A DNA stretch of 63,838 nucleotides, the filler included, from Reticulomyxa filosa (lineage: Eukaryota; Protista; Foraminifera): assembly GCA_000512085.1 (NCBI GenBank). It is 19 parts of 19 records of this genome, joined end to end, with 100 filler letters (N's around TTAATTAATTAA, not from the genome) between each part and the next. Parts side by side here need not be neighbours in the genome. Positions count along the whole stretch, not along the records: positions 34,923 to 42,668 come from ASPP01021530.1; positions 42,769 to 43,817 come from ASPP01010233.1; positions 43,918 to 45,170 come from ASPP01043191.1; positions 45,271 to 47,447 come from ASPP01009897.1; positions 47,548 to 58,051 come from ASPP01020210.1; 14 more parts are not named here. One strand, given 5' to 3'. This document shows positions 40,801 to 52,700 of this stretch, in pieces. Position 1 is the stretch's first letter. Each line of letters begins with the position of its first letter. The translations under genes and the position numbers were made by a program. The notes under the pieces are model-generated. The model had not been told where the DNA came from and ran no database searches. It was given only the letters and a program-made list of their open reading frames with translations.

Positions 40801-42593
40801 TGCCGAGTTGATCCCAGTCATAAACCGCACAACGCACTCGAGGTGCATACTCTGCGGGCTGAGGCACATCTACGTTCAGTGTCAACATTTGCATCCACTG
40901 AGGATTCAATGTCTTTTTCTTCACTACTGTCTCTTTTTTCTTACCGCAATACGATACTTCCAAAAATGGGTCTGACAAACCATTACCATCAGCAGCTGTC
41001 AAGTCTCGTGCACAATACACGTACACGTTCATTAAGTAGTTTTTGCGGTATGGACGACCCATAATTTGTACACCCCTTGCTTTTACTTGATCGCCTTTGT
41101 CGTCTTTTTGGAATAACTGTTTTGATTTTATTATTTAATATTTTAATATTTGTTTATTTGTTTATTTGTTTATTTTTTTAATATTGCACAACCTTGACAC
41201 ACAACAGATGATATATCATTATGGCGAAGATAAAAAGACTTGTCAATAATCGTTTGTTTTATTTTTTTTTTTATCGCTCTCAACTCCTATCTTGGCTTGT
41301 GGTTTGGCTTTTCTCTTTAGTTTTTGTCGTGGGTCAAAGTCCCATTGGAATGACACCGTGATTTTCGCTTTTTGCTCATACTTGTCTGAATCGATAACGT
41401 ATGATTTGACGGTGCTGAAATCTTGCGAGGCTCCTTTACCTGCTTCTTGAAGCAATCCGGTCAACAAGATATTGTCTTTTTTGCCAAGGAAAGTATCTTT
41501 CAAACGGTTCCAGTCCCATAACTCAAGCTGTTTCATTTTTTTAATTTTATTTATTAATTCCATTCTTTTGAAAAAGAAACAAATTATAAATAATAGCATT
41601 TTGTTTGAAACAAGCGCTTAACGGTAATGTCATCGTGGACGCTAACTCCTTCGAACACAAATTTATTACCACTACTCCATTGTGGATTGAGTGTGCCTTT
41701 TTGGGGTTCAGTTTTAAATTCCTCGTTATTGACAATAACCTTAACGTAAGGGTCAGCTTTGCCGTTCATATCGACAACGGGCACGTCACTTGCCTTCAGG
41801 ACGGTCACAGTCAATTTACCCATTGTTTCCAAATTGGTTGTAGGCAACAAGGACGCCGATTCGTTGTGTTCAGAAATCGAATCTTCGTGTGACAAAAGGG
41901 AATCTGTACGATCATGGACGCCTCCCGCCCCAAGGCTCAAGAAAGGTCTTGCTTTGGGATTGACCGCGCCAACATTCTCTGACTCCGTTCCGCAACGTAT
42001 GCCCAACAACACTGTACCAGGGAACTCATCATCTTTCAATACGTGCAACACATTTGAAGGGAAGAACTCGTACCATTGTGGCGGCGAAGCCAGGCCTAAT
42101 TTCACCAACTTTGTACAAGTTGATGAAGAGTTTATTTTGTTATTGTCACATGCTGTTAGCAAAACTTTAGGGGAAAAATATGACTTGTAAATTCAATACA
42201 TATCAAATATATGTGTGTATTATAAGAGAGAAAGAGAAGAAGAGTGTATTTTGATCGCTTGAACAAAACTTCAGTCCATTTGAAGCGTCGATACGAAATG
42301 TATTCCACATTTGAACCAATCGCTGATAATCCCTCTTTCTTTTTTGTCAAATAAAATATGACATCTGGACATTGAAGAGGATCTTTGGGCAGACTCAAAG
42401 CAATGCTTCCCGAATCATCACGAGGACCTCCCAGTTTAGGTCCTTCCAAGTCTAAGTTTAATACTTCACACCACTCTACCGTGCCCTTTTCGCACTGCAC
42501 AAACTCGGTTTTGTAACCAGTGTTTCGAATGCGCATTTCCACACCAAATTTACCCTCACCACCTAATACTTCCACTGCTTGATACACATCCAC
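37893..42593 (-). CDS. Ferlin-family multi-C2-domain tail-anchored membrane protein (5' partial, multi-exon)
   Basis: Several C2 domains (ARDLTAADGNGLSDPF, DMNGKADPYVKV, DNDNSSDPYLVVKLG); ferlin motifs IDIEDRWFS-like (VDIEDRWFS), QETDTHWRAK.GKGSWNWR, PAGIGRSDPNNNPFLPPPEGR; C-terminal TM exon 37893-38055. Confidence 0.92.
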
Positions 42594-42768
42594 CTTTCAT
42601 AAAACCCCCCCCAATCACCACAGTCACAAATTTATATGCATGTATACGATGCATGTGCTTTTTTTTTTNNNNNNNNNNNNNNNNNNNNNNNNNNNNNNNN
42701 NNNNNNNNNNNNTTAATTAATTAANNNNNNNNNNNNNNNNNNNNNNNNNNNNNNNNNNNNNNNNNNNN

Positions 42769-43465
42769 GGAAGCCGGCGGCAACAACTTCATGTTCGAGC
42801 TGATGGGCGTCGAGGCGATCACCGTCGTTCCCGGCGGCACCAACATGGGCGAAGCGATGTCGAGGGTTGCCCAGGAAGTGGCCTCGCTCGGCCGCAAGGC
42901 CTACGTGATTCCCGGCGGCGGCTCCAACGCCGTCGGCGGCCTGGGCTACGTCGCCTGCGTCCAGGAGATGCAGGTCCAGTGGCTCGACATGGGCCTCGCA
43001 CTCGACGCCGTGGTGGTTGGCTCGGGCAGCTCGGGCACGCATGGCGGCATGGTCGCGGGCTTCCTCGGCAACAATATCAAGATCCCGCTGATCGGCGTTG
43101 GCGTCAGCCGCGACCCCGCCGACCAGGAGCCGCTCGTCCTCAAGGAAGCGCAGGCAGTCGTCGACCTGCTCGGGCTCGGCATCAAGGTGCCGGCCTCGGC
43201 GGTGAAGAGCTTCGGCGGCTACTGGCAGCCGAAATACTCGGTGCCCAACAAGAAGATGGTCGAAGCGGTGCAGATGCTGGCGCGCACCGAGGGTATCCTG
43301 CTCGATCCGGTCTATACTGGAAAGATCATGGCGGGCCTGATCGGCCTGGCGCGCCAGGGCCATTTCAAGCCCAACGCCAAGGTGCTGTTCATCCATACCG
43401 GCGGTCTTCCCTCGCTGCACGTCTACGAGGACGTCGTGCTGGGCCGCACCCAGCTCGCGGACTGA
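42769..43465 (+). CDS. dcyD: Bacterial D-cysteine desulfhydrase / ACC deaminase family PLP enzyme (5' partial)
   Basis: YVIPGGGSNAVGGLGY, GSGSSGTHGG, EGILLDPVYTGK, VLFIHTGG; GC-rich and intronless. Confidence 0.88.
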
Positions 43466-43539
43466 CTGACGCGCCCGCCGATCGGCACTGTCTGCCCAGG
43501 CGGGGTGCAACCGGCAGGTGACGGGTCCGTTGCGTTCCC

Positions 43540-43817
43540 ATGAGACGCGCGGTGAAGATCCTGGGATGGACGGCCGGCGTCCTCGCCGGCCTCTTGGTCA
43601 TCGTCGCCGGCTCGGTCTATTTCGTGGCCACCTCCGACCATCTGCGCGGGCGGCTCGAAGATCGGGTCAGCGACATGACAGGTCGCAAGACCCGGATCAC
43701 CAGGGTCGCTGTTGATTGGGGATGGACCACCAACGTCAAGCTCGAGGGTATTGAAGTCGCCAACGCGAAGTGGGGCAAGGCGCCCTACATGCTCAAGGTG
43801 GATCAGGTCGATTTCGA
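43540..43817 (+). CDS. Bacterial AsmA-family protein N-terminus (3' partial)
   Basis: N-terminal TM anchor then LRGRLEDRVSDMTGR...IEVANAKWGKAPYML. Confidence 0.75.
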
Positions 43818-43917
43818 NNNNNNNNNNNNNNNNNNNNNNNNNNNNNNNNNNNNNNNNNNNNTTAATTAATTAANNNNNNNNNNNNNNNNNNNNNNNNNNN
43901 NNNNNNNNNNNNNNNNN

Positions 43918-44388
43918 TTGTTACAATATCCTTGCAAATTAATTCCCGGTTTTATTTCTCCTACATTCTCATTATCTTCATCTTTTTTTACTTTTTCTGT
44001 TTTTTTTTCAACTTCTTTACTGTGTTCCTTTTCTTCACTCTCTTTGGTCTATTATATATATTTCAATGTGCAATTCACAAAAAACAAAACATATACAATG
44101 TCTCTATAGTTGCTTGTTTGTATTAAGAATGTAAAAAAATATATATGTATATATATATATATATATGTGTACATATACCTCTCGATGCATCAATTTCGAG
44201 GTCAGTTGTTCAATCACCAGGACTACATTGCCATTATTCTCTTCGAGACGCTTTTTCAATTCACTTTCGTCAATTGCATCACCGAATAATGTCATTAGCG
44301 CCTTTATTTCTTTGGCATTCTTATTTGTTTCTGTGTTATGTTGCATTCCTCCCGAGAGATCTCCACTTTCCTTATATGCAAACCTCTC
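43918..44388 (-). CDS. 5' exons of a paralog of the RelA/SpoT-NACHT-WD40 gene (3' truncated by contig end)
   Basis: LSGGMQ..EIKALMTLFGDAIDESELKKRLEENNGNVVLVIEQL exon, then an exon ending VGEIKPGINLQGYCN; both match 55373-54740. Confidence 0.8.
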
Positions 44389-45027
44389 CTGTTTTGTGTC
44401 GTCGCGTGTGCAAATACACACAAATTTCTTCTTTGGTCTTATGTCAAACATAAACAACACTTATGTTTTTCAAAAAGATGACCAAGACAATTGGGGGGGG
44501 GGAGGAAAAGGGGGAAAAAAAAAATAATGTTAATATGGTTACATGAACAAATTGAGTCGATATTTTTTTCTGTATTCCAATGATATGTACGTCGAATGTG
44601 CTAAAATACGTTCGTTTCAAAATAATTGATTTTTCAATTACTATAGTTTTTATTTTGTTTTGTTTTTTTTTTAGCCCACAAACAAAAAAACGGAGAAACA
44701 ATTTTTCAAACCTGCTTTCATTACTGATACTGCAGCGAGAAGTGAGTAGGTTTTTGTAGCAGATTTTCTTGCAGGTAAGGTTCAATACGATTCAATCTTG
44801 TATGTACTAAAGAGAATGTTTTAAGGGACACAAGTTTTTCATTGGAGGATCCTATTCATATTTGGGGCAGTGTCATTTTTTCAATAACAAAAAATTTATT
44901 AACAGCTTGGATTCTTTTAAGTGAAGTAAATGTTTTTCTTCGATCAATAAAAAAAATGGCTCAAACATTTTTCTTTTCTCATTAAACATTCCGTTTGCAA
45001 ATTTTAAACTCATTTTGCTATCTTCTA

Positions 45028-45170
45028 CAGTAGATTGAAAAAAAAACCGCCATACCTAAGTGGCACTATATGAAGAGAATCGATTTTTTCCATGAAAAAT
45101 AAAGATTTAAACCTAATTTTTTTTTTAAAAAATATCTAATCTTGTAGTTTTTAAATATTAAAATTTTTTT
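45028..45170 (+). mobile_element. Tc1/mariner-like element end (family B), second copy
   Basis: TA|CAGTAGATTGAAAAAAAAACCGCATACCTAAGTGGCAC...; matches 33095 onward. Confidence 0.75.
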
Positions 45171-45270
45171 NNNNNNNNNNNNNNNNNNNNNNNNNNNNNN
45201 NNNNNNNNNNNNNNTTAATTAATTAANNNNNNNNNNNNNNNNNNNNNNNNNNNNNNNNNNNNNNNNNNNN

Positions 45271-45319
<49 letters not shown>

Positions 45320-45321
45320 TT

Positions 45322-45807
45322 TTATTGTTTTGCGCATACGTGTTTTTTTTTACCAAGCCATAGGTTTTGTATATATTTCAGCCATGTGTTGATGGCGTTG
45401 TCGAAGGAAGATTTGTCGCATACGTTGTACACAACAATGATCGCGTGGGTGTTACTACTGTGACGGTAGGATTGGATGATGTCTTTGTACTCCTCGTTCC
45501 CTGACAGATCGTTCACTTGCAGCTTCACAAACATGGATTCTTCCTTCTCTGTAATCTCTTCTTTTTTTTCCTGTATTTCGTCCTCGTATCCTTTGTCCAC
45601 TGGAAGTGACACGTGCAAGTACACCACGTCCAACTCCACCCCTTCCGTTGGGGTGTAAGTACCCGAAAACGTGTCTTCTGAAAATCTTTTCAACAAACTC
45701 GACTTTCCTGTATTCTCATCTCCTACTATTAGAAATTTAAAGTTATGCACTGGGATGTTGGGATCCAACAGTGGCAGATACTCTGATTTTGCATTAACCC
45801 CCTTACT
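45322..45807 (-). CDS. Divergent Rab-like small GTPase exon
   Basis: FKFLIVGDENTGKSSLL (G1), YTPTEGV (G2), NDLSGNEEY (G3 variant), AIIVVYNVCDKSSF. Confidence 0.8.
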   Translation of the reverse strand, partial: SKGVNAKSEYLPLLDPNIPVHNFKFLIVGDENTGKSSLLKRFSEDTFSGTYTPTEGVELDVVYLHVSLPVDKGYEDEIQEKKEEITEKEESMFVKLQVNDLSGNEEYKDIIQSYRHSSNTHAIIVVYNVCDKSSFDNAINTWLKYIQNLWLGKKKHVCAKQ

Positions 45808-46087
45808 GAACGAAAACAAACAGGGAGAAAGGGGAGGGCGTGAGGGGGGGAAAAAAGCTAAGTTGTTTTTCTTCGTGTAAATTGTATCTATTATGGGAAT
45901 AAAACAATAGATTTAAAAATAAGGTTAGTTTCATTTTTATTTGCTTGCAAAACTCGGAAACAGCAAGTTATTTTTATTTTATTTTATTTTTTGAACATTC
46001 GGCGGAAGCAAGCTTTATTAGACTCTTCTCCTCCCCCCTTTTTTTTAAAAAATATCTCTGTCTAATCTAGCCACAAAAAAAAAAGAA

Positions 46088-47447
46088 ATGAAACAAGCTT
46101 TAGGTCTTTTGCTGCTCTTTTGTGACAGCCTGTGGTTTGTGAGCCCCGTGCAAGGAGATTATTTTAACGTTTGTTCAGACAGAGAACGCTGCTATGAGGA
46201 ATGTACGTTCGAAGGGCCGTGCGACAAACTGCCGGCGATAGAAAGCGAATTGAACGGGAAAATAATGATGTACCGAACATCGGCTTACACAAGAGAGAAG
46301 TTTGCGACTTCGACGTTGAGTTGGACAGCGTTGGAGTCGAAAGAAATGGCAAGCAGCCAAATAACTCTGACGATAAACGCCGACGTGCACTACCAAACGA
46401 TTTACGGGTTCGGCGGAGCATTCACCGACGCTATGAATGCGAACTTGGCGAAGGTGCCGAGCGACATTAAAGACGACATTATCCATGGGTACTTTGCATT
46501 GGACGATGAAAGAGGAGGTGGCTCCGGTCCGTTTTTTTTTTTTTTTTTAATATTTTTTTAAATTTTTGGAATTTCAAAAAAAAAACGACCCAAATATTTA
46601 TATATATTTGGGCTCCAAACAAAGGCTATACGATCGGTCGAGTGCCAATGGCAAGTTGCGACTTTTCCGAATATTCGTATACGTATGCACCGGTGGCTGG
46701 CGACTTTGCTTTGGAGTCATTTAATTTGACAGAGGAGTGGGACACTGGTCATTTTTTGACACGCATACACATTATATGTTCTTTTGTTGTTATTGTTATC
46801 ATATATGTATATATGTATATATGTATATATGTATATATATGTATATATATGTACACACACACACATACATACATATATAAATGAAACAGGTCCAAATGGG
46901 AAAATCGCGAATATCCAAATTGCTCAGACTTATGTCGACTCCAACGCATGCGTTAACAACTCCAATCCTTATTTGTGTCACTTGAAATTGTATGCGACTC
47001 CATGGGTATGGACTCCATTTCTTCATATACATAAATGTGCATATACATATACATATATATATATATATATATATATGTATATGTATATGTTGTTGTTGTT
47101 GTTGAACGTACATATAAACAATCTCAACTGGAACATGTTTGACGACAACGACAAACAAAAAGACGGCCCCTCCTTGGATGAAGCTGTTCAAGGAAAGCGA
47201 CATAGTGGACAATGGGTTTGTCGGCGGCTATTTGAACCCCAATCGCACGTACTGGCAAACGTGGGCCAATTACTTTGTCCGCTTCTTCGAGTCGTACCGG
47301 ACGTACAGCAACGGGACAGTGGAGTTCTTTGCGGTCACAGTCCAAAACGAGCCCTTCATGGTCGTGCCGTGGGAGTCGACCCATTGGACCCCGGAAGAGC
47401 TGACGGAATTTGTGGCCGACTTTTTGGGTATACAAATATATAACATT
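46088..47447 (+). CDS. Glycoside hydrolase family 30 (glucosylceramidase-like), 3' partial, multi-exon
   Basis: Signal peptide; YQTIYGFGGAFTDA, GRVPMASCDFS, YATPW|TAPPWMK, WANYFVRF, VTVQNEP (acid/base Glu). Confidence 0.92.
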
Positions 47448-47720
47448 NNNNNNNNNNNNNNNNNNNNNNNNNNNNNNNNNNNNNNNNNNNNTTAATTAAT
47501 TAANNNNNNNNNNNNNNNNNNNNNNNNNNNNNNNNNNNNNNNNNNNNTTTTTTTTTTTTTTAAAAAAAAAAGGGGGAGGGGGGGAAAGAGTATTTAATGA
47601 TTAAACAATACTAACAAATAATAATAATAATAAAAGTCATGACCCCCCCTTTTTTTTTTTTTTTAAAAAAGTGTCCCCTTAAAAAAAAAAATTTGTACAT
47701 GATTTTTTTGTTTTGGTTAG

Positions 47721-49233
47721 ATATTCATAAGGTCTGCAAGGTGATGCACTTGGACTTGAAACCGAACAATATAATGATAAACACGTACAAGGTGGCAAAA
47801 GTGAATAGCAGTGACGGATACACGCTGATAAAGCTGGTGAACCCGCGGGTGACATTGATCGACTTTAGTGTGAGTGCGAAGATGGAAAGAGAGACGGATT
47901 TAGATGACCACGTGTGCCGTGGGTATTATGGGACGAGACGGTACCGAGCGCCGGAGATGATATTTGGTGGGACGTGGAATCGATCGATTGACACGTTCGC
48001 ATTGGCGCTGATTGTATTGGAATGCATCCAATTGTCGCCGTTGTTTGAAAACAAATACTACGATCAAGACGGAGGACGCTTTGAGCAGTTGAAGGATAGC
48101 AAAGGAAGGAAGTTGTATGAGCCGAGAGAGGTGATAGACTATTTGATGCGAATGACCAAAGCATGCTTGGGAAAACCCTCGCATCAGTTTGTCACTTGTG
48201 TCGAAAAACAATTTCAATCGCTTCTGAAAGATACCGCCACAATACCCGAGTTTTCGGAATACCAAACTAAAAAAAAATCTCTCTTTCACAAACATATGCG
48301 TAATCTGTCATCATCTTGGTCATCCTCTTCGCTTGTTTTTAAGGATGAAACCAACAAGTTTGGCCAAGACTTGATTGGAAACCCTTATTACACTCCTACG
48401 CTCTATGGCTATGGGTACGGACATATGCGTATGTTCAGGCCTACGCTGTCGCAAATCCATCAGTCACATTTGTTTGTGTGGCCAAAAGACGTGGTCGTCG
48501 GCTCGTACTTTCACGTCTATCAGCCTTTTATTCACCACAAAATGATCTTTGATTCCGATATCACTCGGCTCGATCAAATCAAACTCGCTGTTCATCATAT
48601 GCTTCGGTGGAACCCTGCCGATCGATGGACTCCCGAACTGCTTCTTCAAACTTATTTCCAACATGACAAAGACTACTTGCTTTCGTGCTTATTTACTCAA
48701 CAACAATTCTCTGATCTACTTGCCAATGGCTTCACTGATCATTTCATTAATGACTGGCATGATCCCACTTCTTCTTCGCACAAATTTACTGCTGCTACCA
48801 CTACTACTGCTACTGCTGTTGGTGTGTAATACTTTTTGCTTCTTGTATTGTTGGACTGTTGGATTGCTTGGTTGTTAATTCGTTTGTTTTTTTTTTTTTT
48901 TTTTTGTCATACATAGACGGCAATAAAAAAGAACCTTCAATGATTTCGCTGAATACGTGCATTGGAAGGATTGAAAATAAGAAAAAAAAAACTGGAAGTC
49001 AAAATGAAAAAAACCAAACACTGATAACACATTCACCCTCAACAATTAAAGCGACAAAGAATGCTACTGTTACCACACAAACTCTAACTACTACTTCTGT
49101 GCTTGACAAAAGTCAAGCAGGTGCCCAACAAGTCACTCATTCTGGTTTATTTCATGTCACTCTTAACAAAATGACATTCAAACCAACGCCTGTTGCAATT
49201 ACTTCTCATACGACTGCTGGGCAATCCAAATAA
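47721..49233 (+). CDS. CMGC (CLK/LAMMER-like) protein kinase, 5' partial
   Basis: HLDLKPNNI, LIDFS, GTRRYRAPE, YLMRM..CLG (LAMMER-like position), MLRWNPADR; S/T-rich last exon. Confidence 0.8.
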
Positions 49234-49791
49234 ATTTTTTGTTTTAATGTTGTTTTTATTTGCTTTAGGAAACAAAGAACGCGTTCAATCACTTCAGGTT
49301 CTTTTTTCTGGGTCTTATGTTTAACTGTTTTCAATTTCCAAGATTTTTTCCCCCTTTTTTATTTATTTTATTTTATTATAATTTTCCAATGTTTATTTCC
49401 AAAAAAAGTAGGTGTGGGGAGGGGAGCAAATTGTTTACTTATTAAAACCTTCTTTCTCGTCTTTTGTTCTTTTTTTTCTTTTTTGTTTAACTTGCACAAA
49501 AAAAACCAAAAAATTTGTTGATTGTAATCTTTCCATTTTTCAAAAACAAGTTGTGCAATTCTTTTTTTCATTTTTCTCTCAAATTTGAAAGTGATCTCCA
49601 AAAAAAAAATGTAATCACTATTTTTGCTGTTTCAAAAAATTGACACTTTACAAAACGATTGAACTGCTTATCCAAACGAAATTTTCAGTTATCTTTTTTT
49701 TTATTTCACAACAAAATACAGCAAAAAAATTTACTCAAAATTCAATTGCTCCAAATTTCACCAATCAACAAACAAACAAAACAAAAGAAAA

Positions 49792-52700
49792 TCAAAATTT
49801 TCCACCACGTTGCTCTACCAGCAATTTCTGCGAAGACGTCAAACCACTGACATTTGTCCAAGCACTGCCATTCATTGATAAACCGCAGCCTTGAACACCT
49901 GCTTGCCAAATACATCTCAGCGGGCCAATATCGACCTTGACTACAGAATTATCTAAAACATCTAATTTACTGTCACTCACTTCAGAACTACTGCCCCACA
50001 ACCGAATTGTTTTATCTAGTGACCAAGACACGAGTTTTGTACCATCTGGTGAAAATAATATTCCAGTTATATTATTCGAATGTCCATCCAACAACTGCAA
50101 TTTGTTCCCAGAAGATACATCCCAAACACAAATAGTGTTATCCTTCGAACAAGAAATAACTTGAGTGCCACTTGGAGAGAATGTTACTCGGTTTATTATC
50201 GTTGAATGTCCTGTAATTATTTGGGACTGTTGTCCTGATGATACATCCCATATTCGAATGGAACAATCCCACGAGCAAGACACAATTTTTGAACCATCCG
50301 AAGAAAATTGCACATCTGTCACCGCATCTGAGTGTCCCTTTAATAACTGAAGTTGTTGCCCAGATGCAACATCCCATATTCGAGCAGTTGAATCTTTCGA
50401 GCATGATACAATCTTAGTACCATCTGGAGAATACAGTGCGCGACTCACTTGCATTGAATGACCGGTCATTACTTGAAGTTTTCGTCCGGAGGACACACTC
50501 CATATTCGAATTGAATTATCCCACGAAGAAGATAAAATTTTGGTTCCATTGGATGAAAAGTGAGCCCCACTTATGACATCAGAGTGTCCTTTCAATGCTT
50601 GAAGTTGTCGTCCGGATGCCACATCCCAAATTCGAATTGTTTTATCCCATGAATAAGACAAAAGTTTAGTACCATCTGGTGAAAATTGTACTCCATTTAT
50701 CTGATTTGAATGTCCCTCCAATAATTGGATCTCTCGCCCGGATGGCACATCCCATATTCGAGCAGTAAAATCTTCTGAGCCTGAGGCGATTTTAGAACCA
50801 TCAGGTGAAAATTGAGCTCCTGTTATTTGGCCTGAATGTCCTTCCATCAATTGGACTTGCCGTCCTGACGCTACGTCCCATATTCTGATTGTATCGTCTC
50901 CTCCATATGATACAATTTCACTACCATTAGACGAAAATTGTGCACCATTCACCCATTCTGAATGCCCTTCAATTGGCTGGAGTCGTCGTGCTAACGACAC
51001 ATCCCATATTCGGATTGTCCGATCAAATGAGCAGGATACGATGTCAAAAGAATCTGGGGAAAATTGCGTCATACTTATTCGAAATGTATGACCTTCCATC
51101 AATTGAAGTTGCCGTCCGGAAGACAAATCCCATATGCGAATTGTGTAATCCTCTGAACAAGACAAAATTTTCGAACCATCTGGAGAAAATTGTACGAATG
51201 TCACAAAACTCGTGTGTCCTTCCAACAATTGGATTTGTTGCCCTGATGCTACATCCCATATTATTATTATTTTTTCCCATGAACAAGATACAATCTTAGT
51301 GCCATCTGGAGAAAATCGGGCTCCATTCACTCTTTGTGAATGTCCACGCAACACTTGGATTTGTCTTCCGGAAGATAGATCCCATATTCGAATTGTGGTA
51401 TCACTTGAGCTTGATACAATTTTGGTACTATCTGGAGAGAACTGCACAGCGGTTACGCCATCGGTGTGCCCTTCTATTGATTGTATTTGTTTCCCAGATG
51501 ATACCTCCCACAGACGAATCGTTCTGTCCTCCGAACATGAAACAATTTTGGCACCATCTGGGGAAAATTGTGCTTCATTCACAATATCTGAATGCCCAGT
51601 CAATAATTGAAGTTGCTGTCCCGACAGTATGTCCCAAATTCGAATTGTCTTATCTGCTGAACACGAAACAAATTTGGTGCCATCCCGAGAATATTGAACT
51701 GTACTTACAGAATCCGAGTGTCCTTCTAACAATTGAAGCTGTTGTCCCGATGCCACATCCCACACACGAATTGTTTTATCTTTCGAACATGAGACAATTT
51801 TAGAACCATCTGGAGAATATTGCACCGCATTTATGATGTCTGTATGTCCCTTAAAGTATGCATATTCACCAAAGTAAATTTCATTCATTGACGCATTCGT
51901 AAAGTTGCCTTTATTCAAGAATGCTTGGAACAAGCTAACTCGATCTAAATTGGCATTTTTGAAACTAGTCCCTTCAAGGAATGCACGATCTAAAATCGCA
52001 TGAGGAATTTTAACATTGTCCCAATTCTGATAGTGCAAATTAACATTTGCAGCATTAAGTATAGTCACTGCATTTGCCGCCGCAATGCTAACATCTTCTT
52101 TTGTCTTTGATGCTTCGACAATTCGAAACAATCTTGATTTTAAATTTGCAAATATTGGTTGTGTATCATAAATGCGTTCACCAATAAAATTGATAATTCC
52201 CGGCTCTTCATTTAATAATTTACGATTGATAAGTAATTTATGGGCATGCATTTCAAATTGCTTTTGGTATTCTTCGTTGTTTAGATCAGTATCTGTATTG
52301 GGCTTCCATGAAACTATATCAAGTACGATTTGATGTGCTGCATAATATTCTTGACAAGATCTATGTAAAAACTGGTATTTGTTTTCACCAATTCTCCTTA
52401 ATATGTACTTGGCAACACTGTCGCCCTTGAAATACTTTTTCCAAACATCTGTTGCCTTAGAAGCTAATTTATCCACTTTTTTCGCTTTTGTTTCAATTTT
52501 TTCATCCACATGTTTATTTTCATTTGCTAATTCTGTTTTGATCACGTCCCAAGTTTCTTGCCTTACTTGCTCAATATCTCTTTCAGTTGCAATTGGATTT
52601 CCCTGAAAAAACATCTCAAAGCCTAAGTCTTGACAATACTTTTGAAATGTAAATTTGATTTTTCTGATATTAATTTGTATTCGTAATTCTGCCAGCTTGG

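Noticed and set aside
42669-43917. Horizontal transfer of bacterial genes next to the ferlin gene
   Set aside because: The bacterial DNA is a separate contig between spacers; no physical junction is visible.
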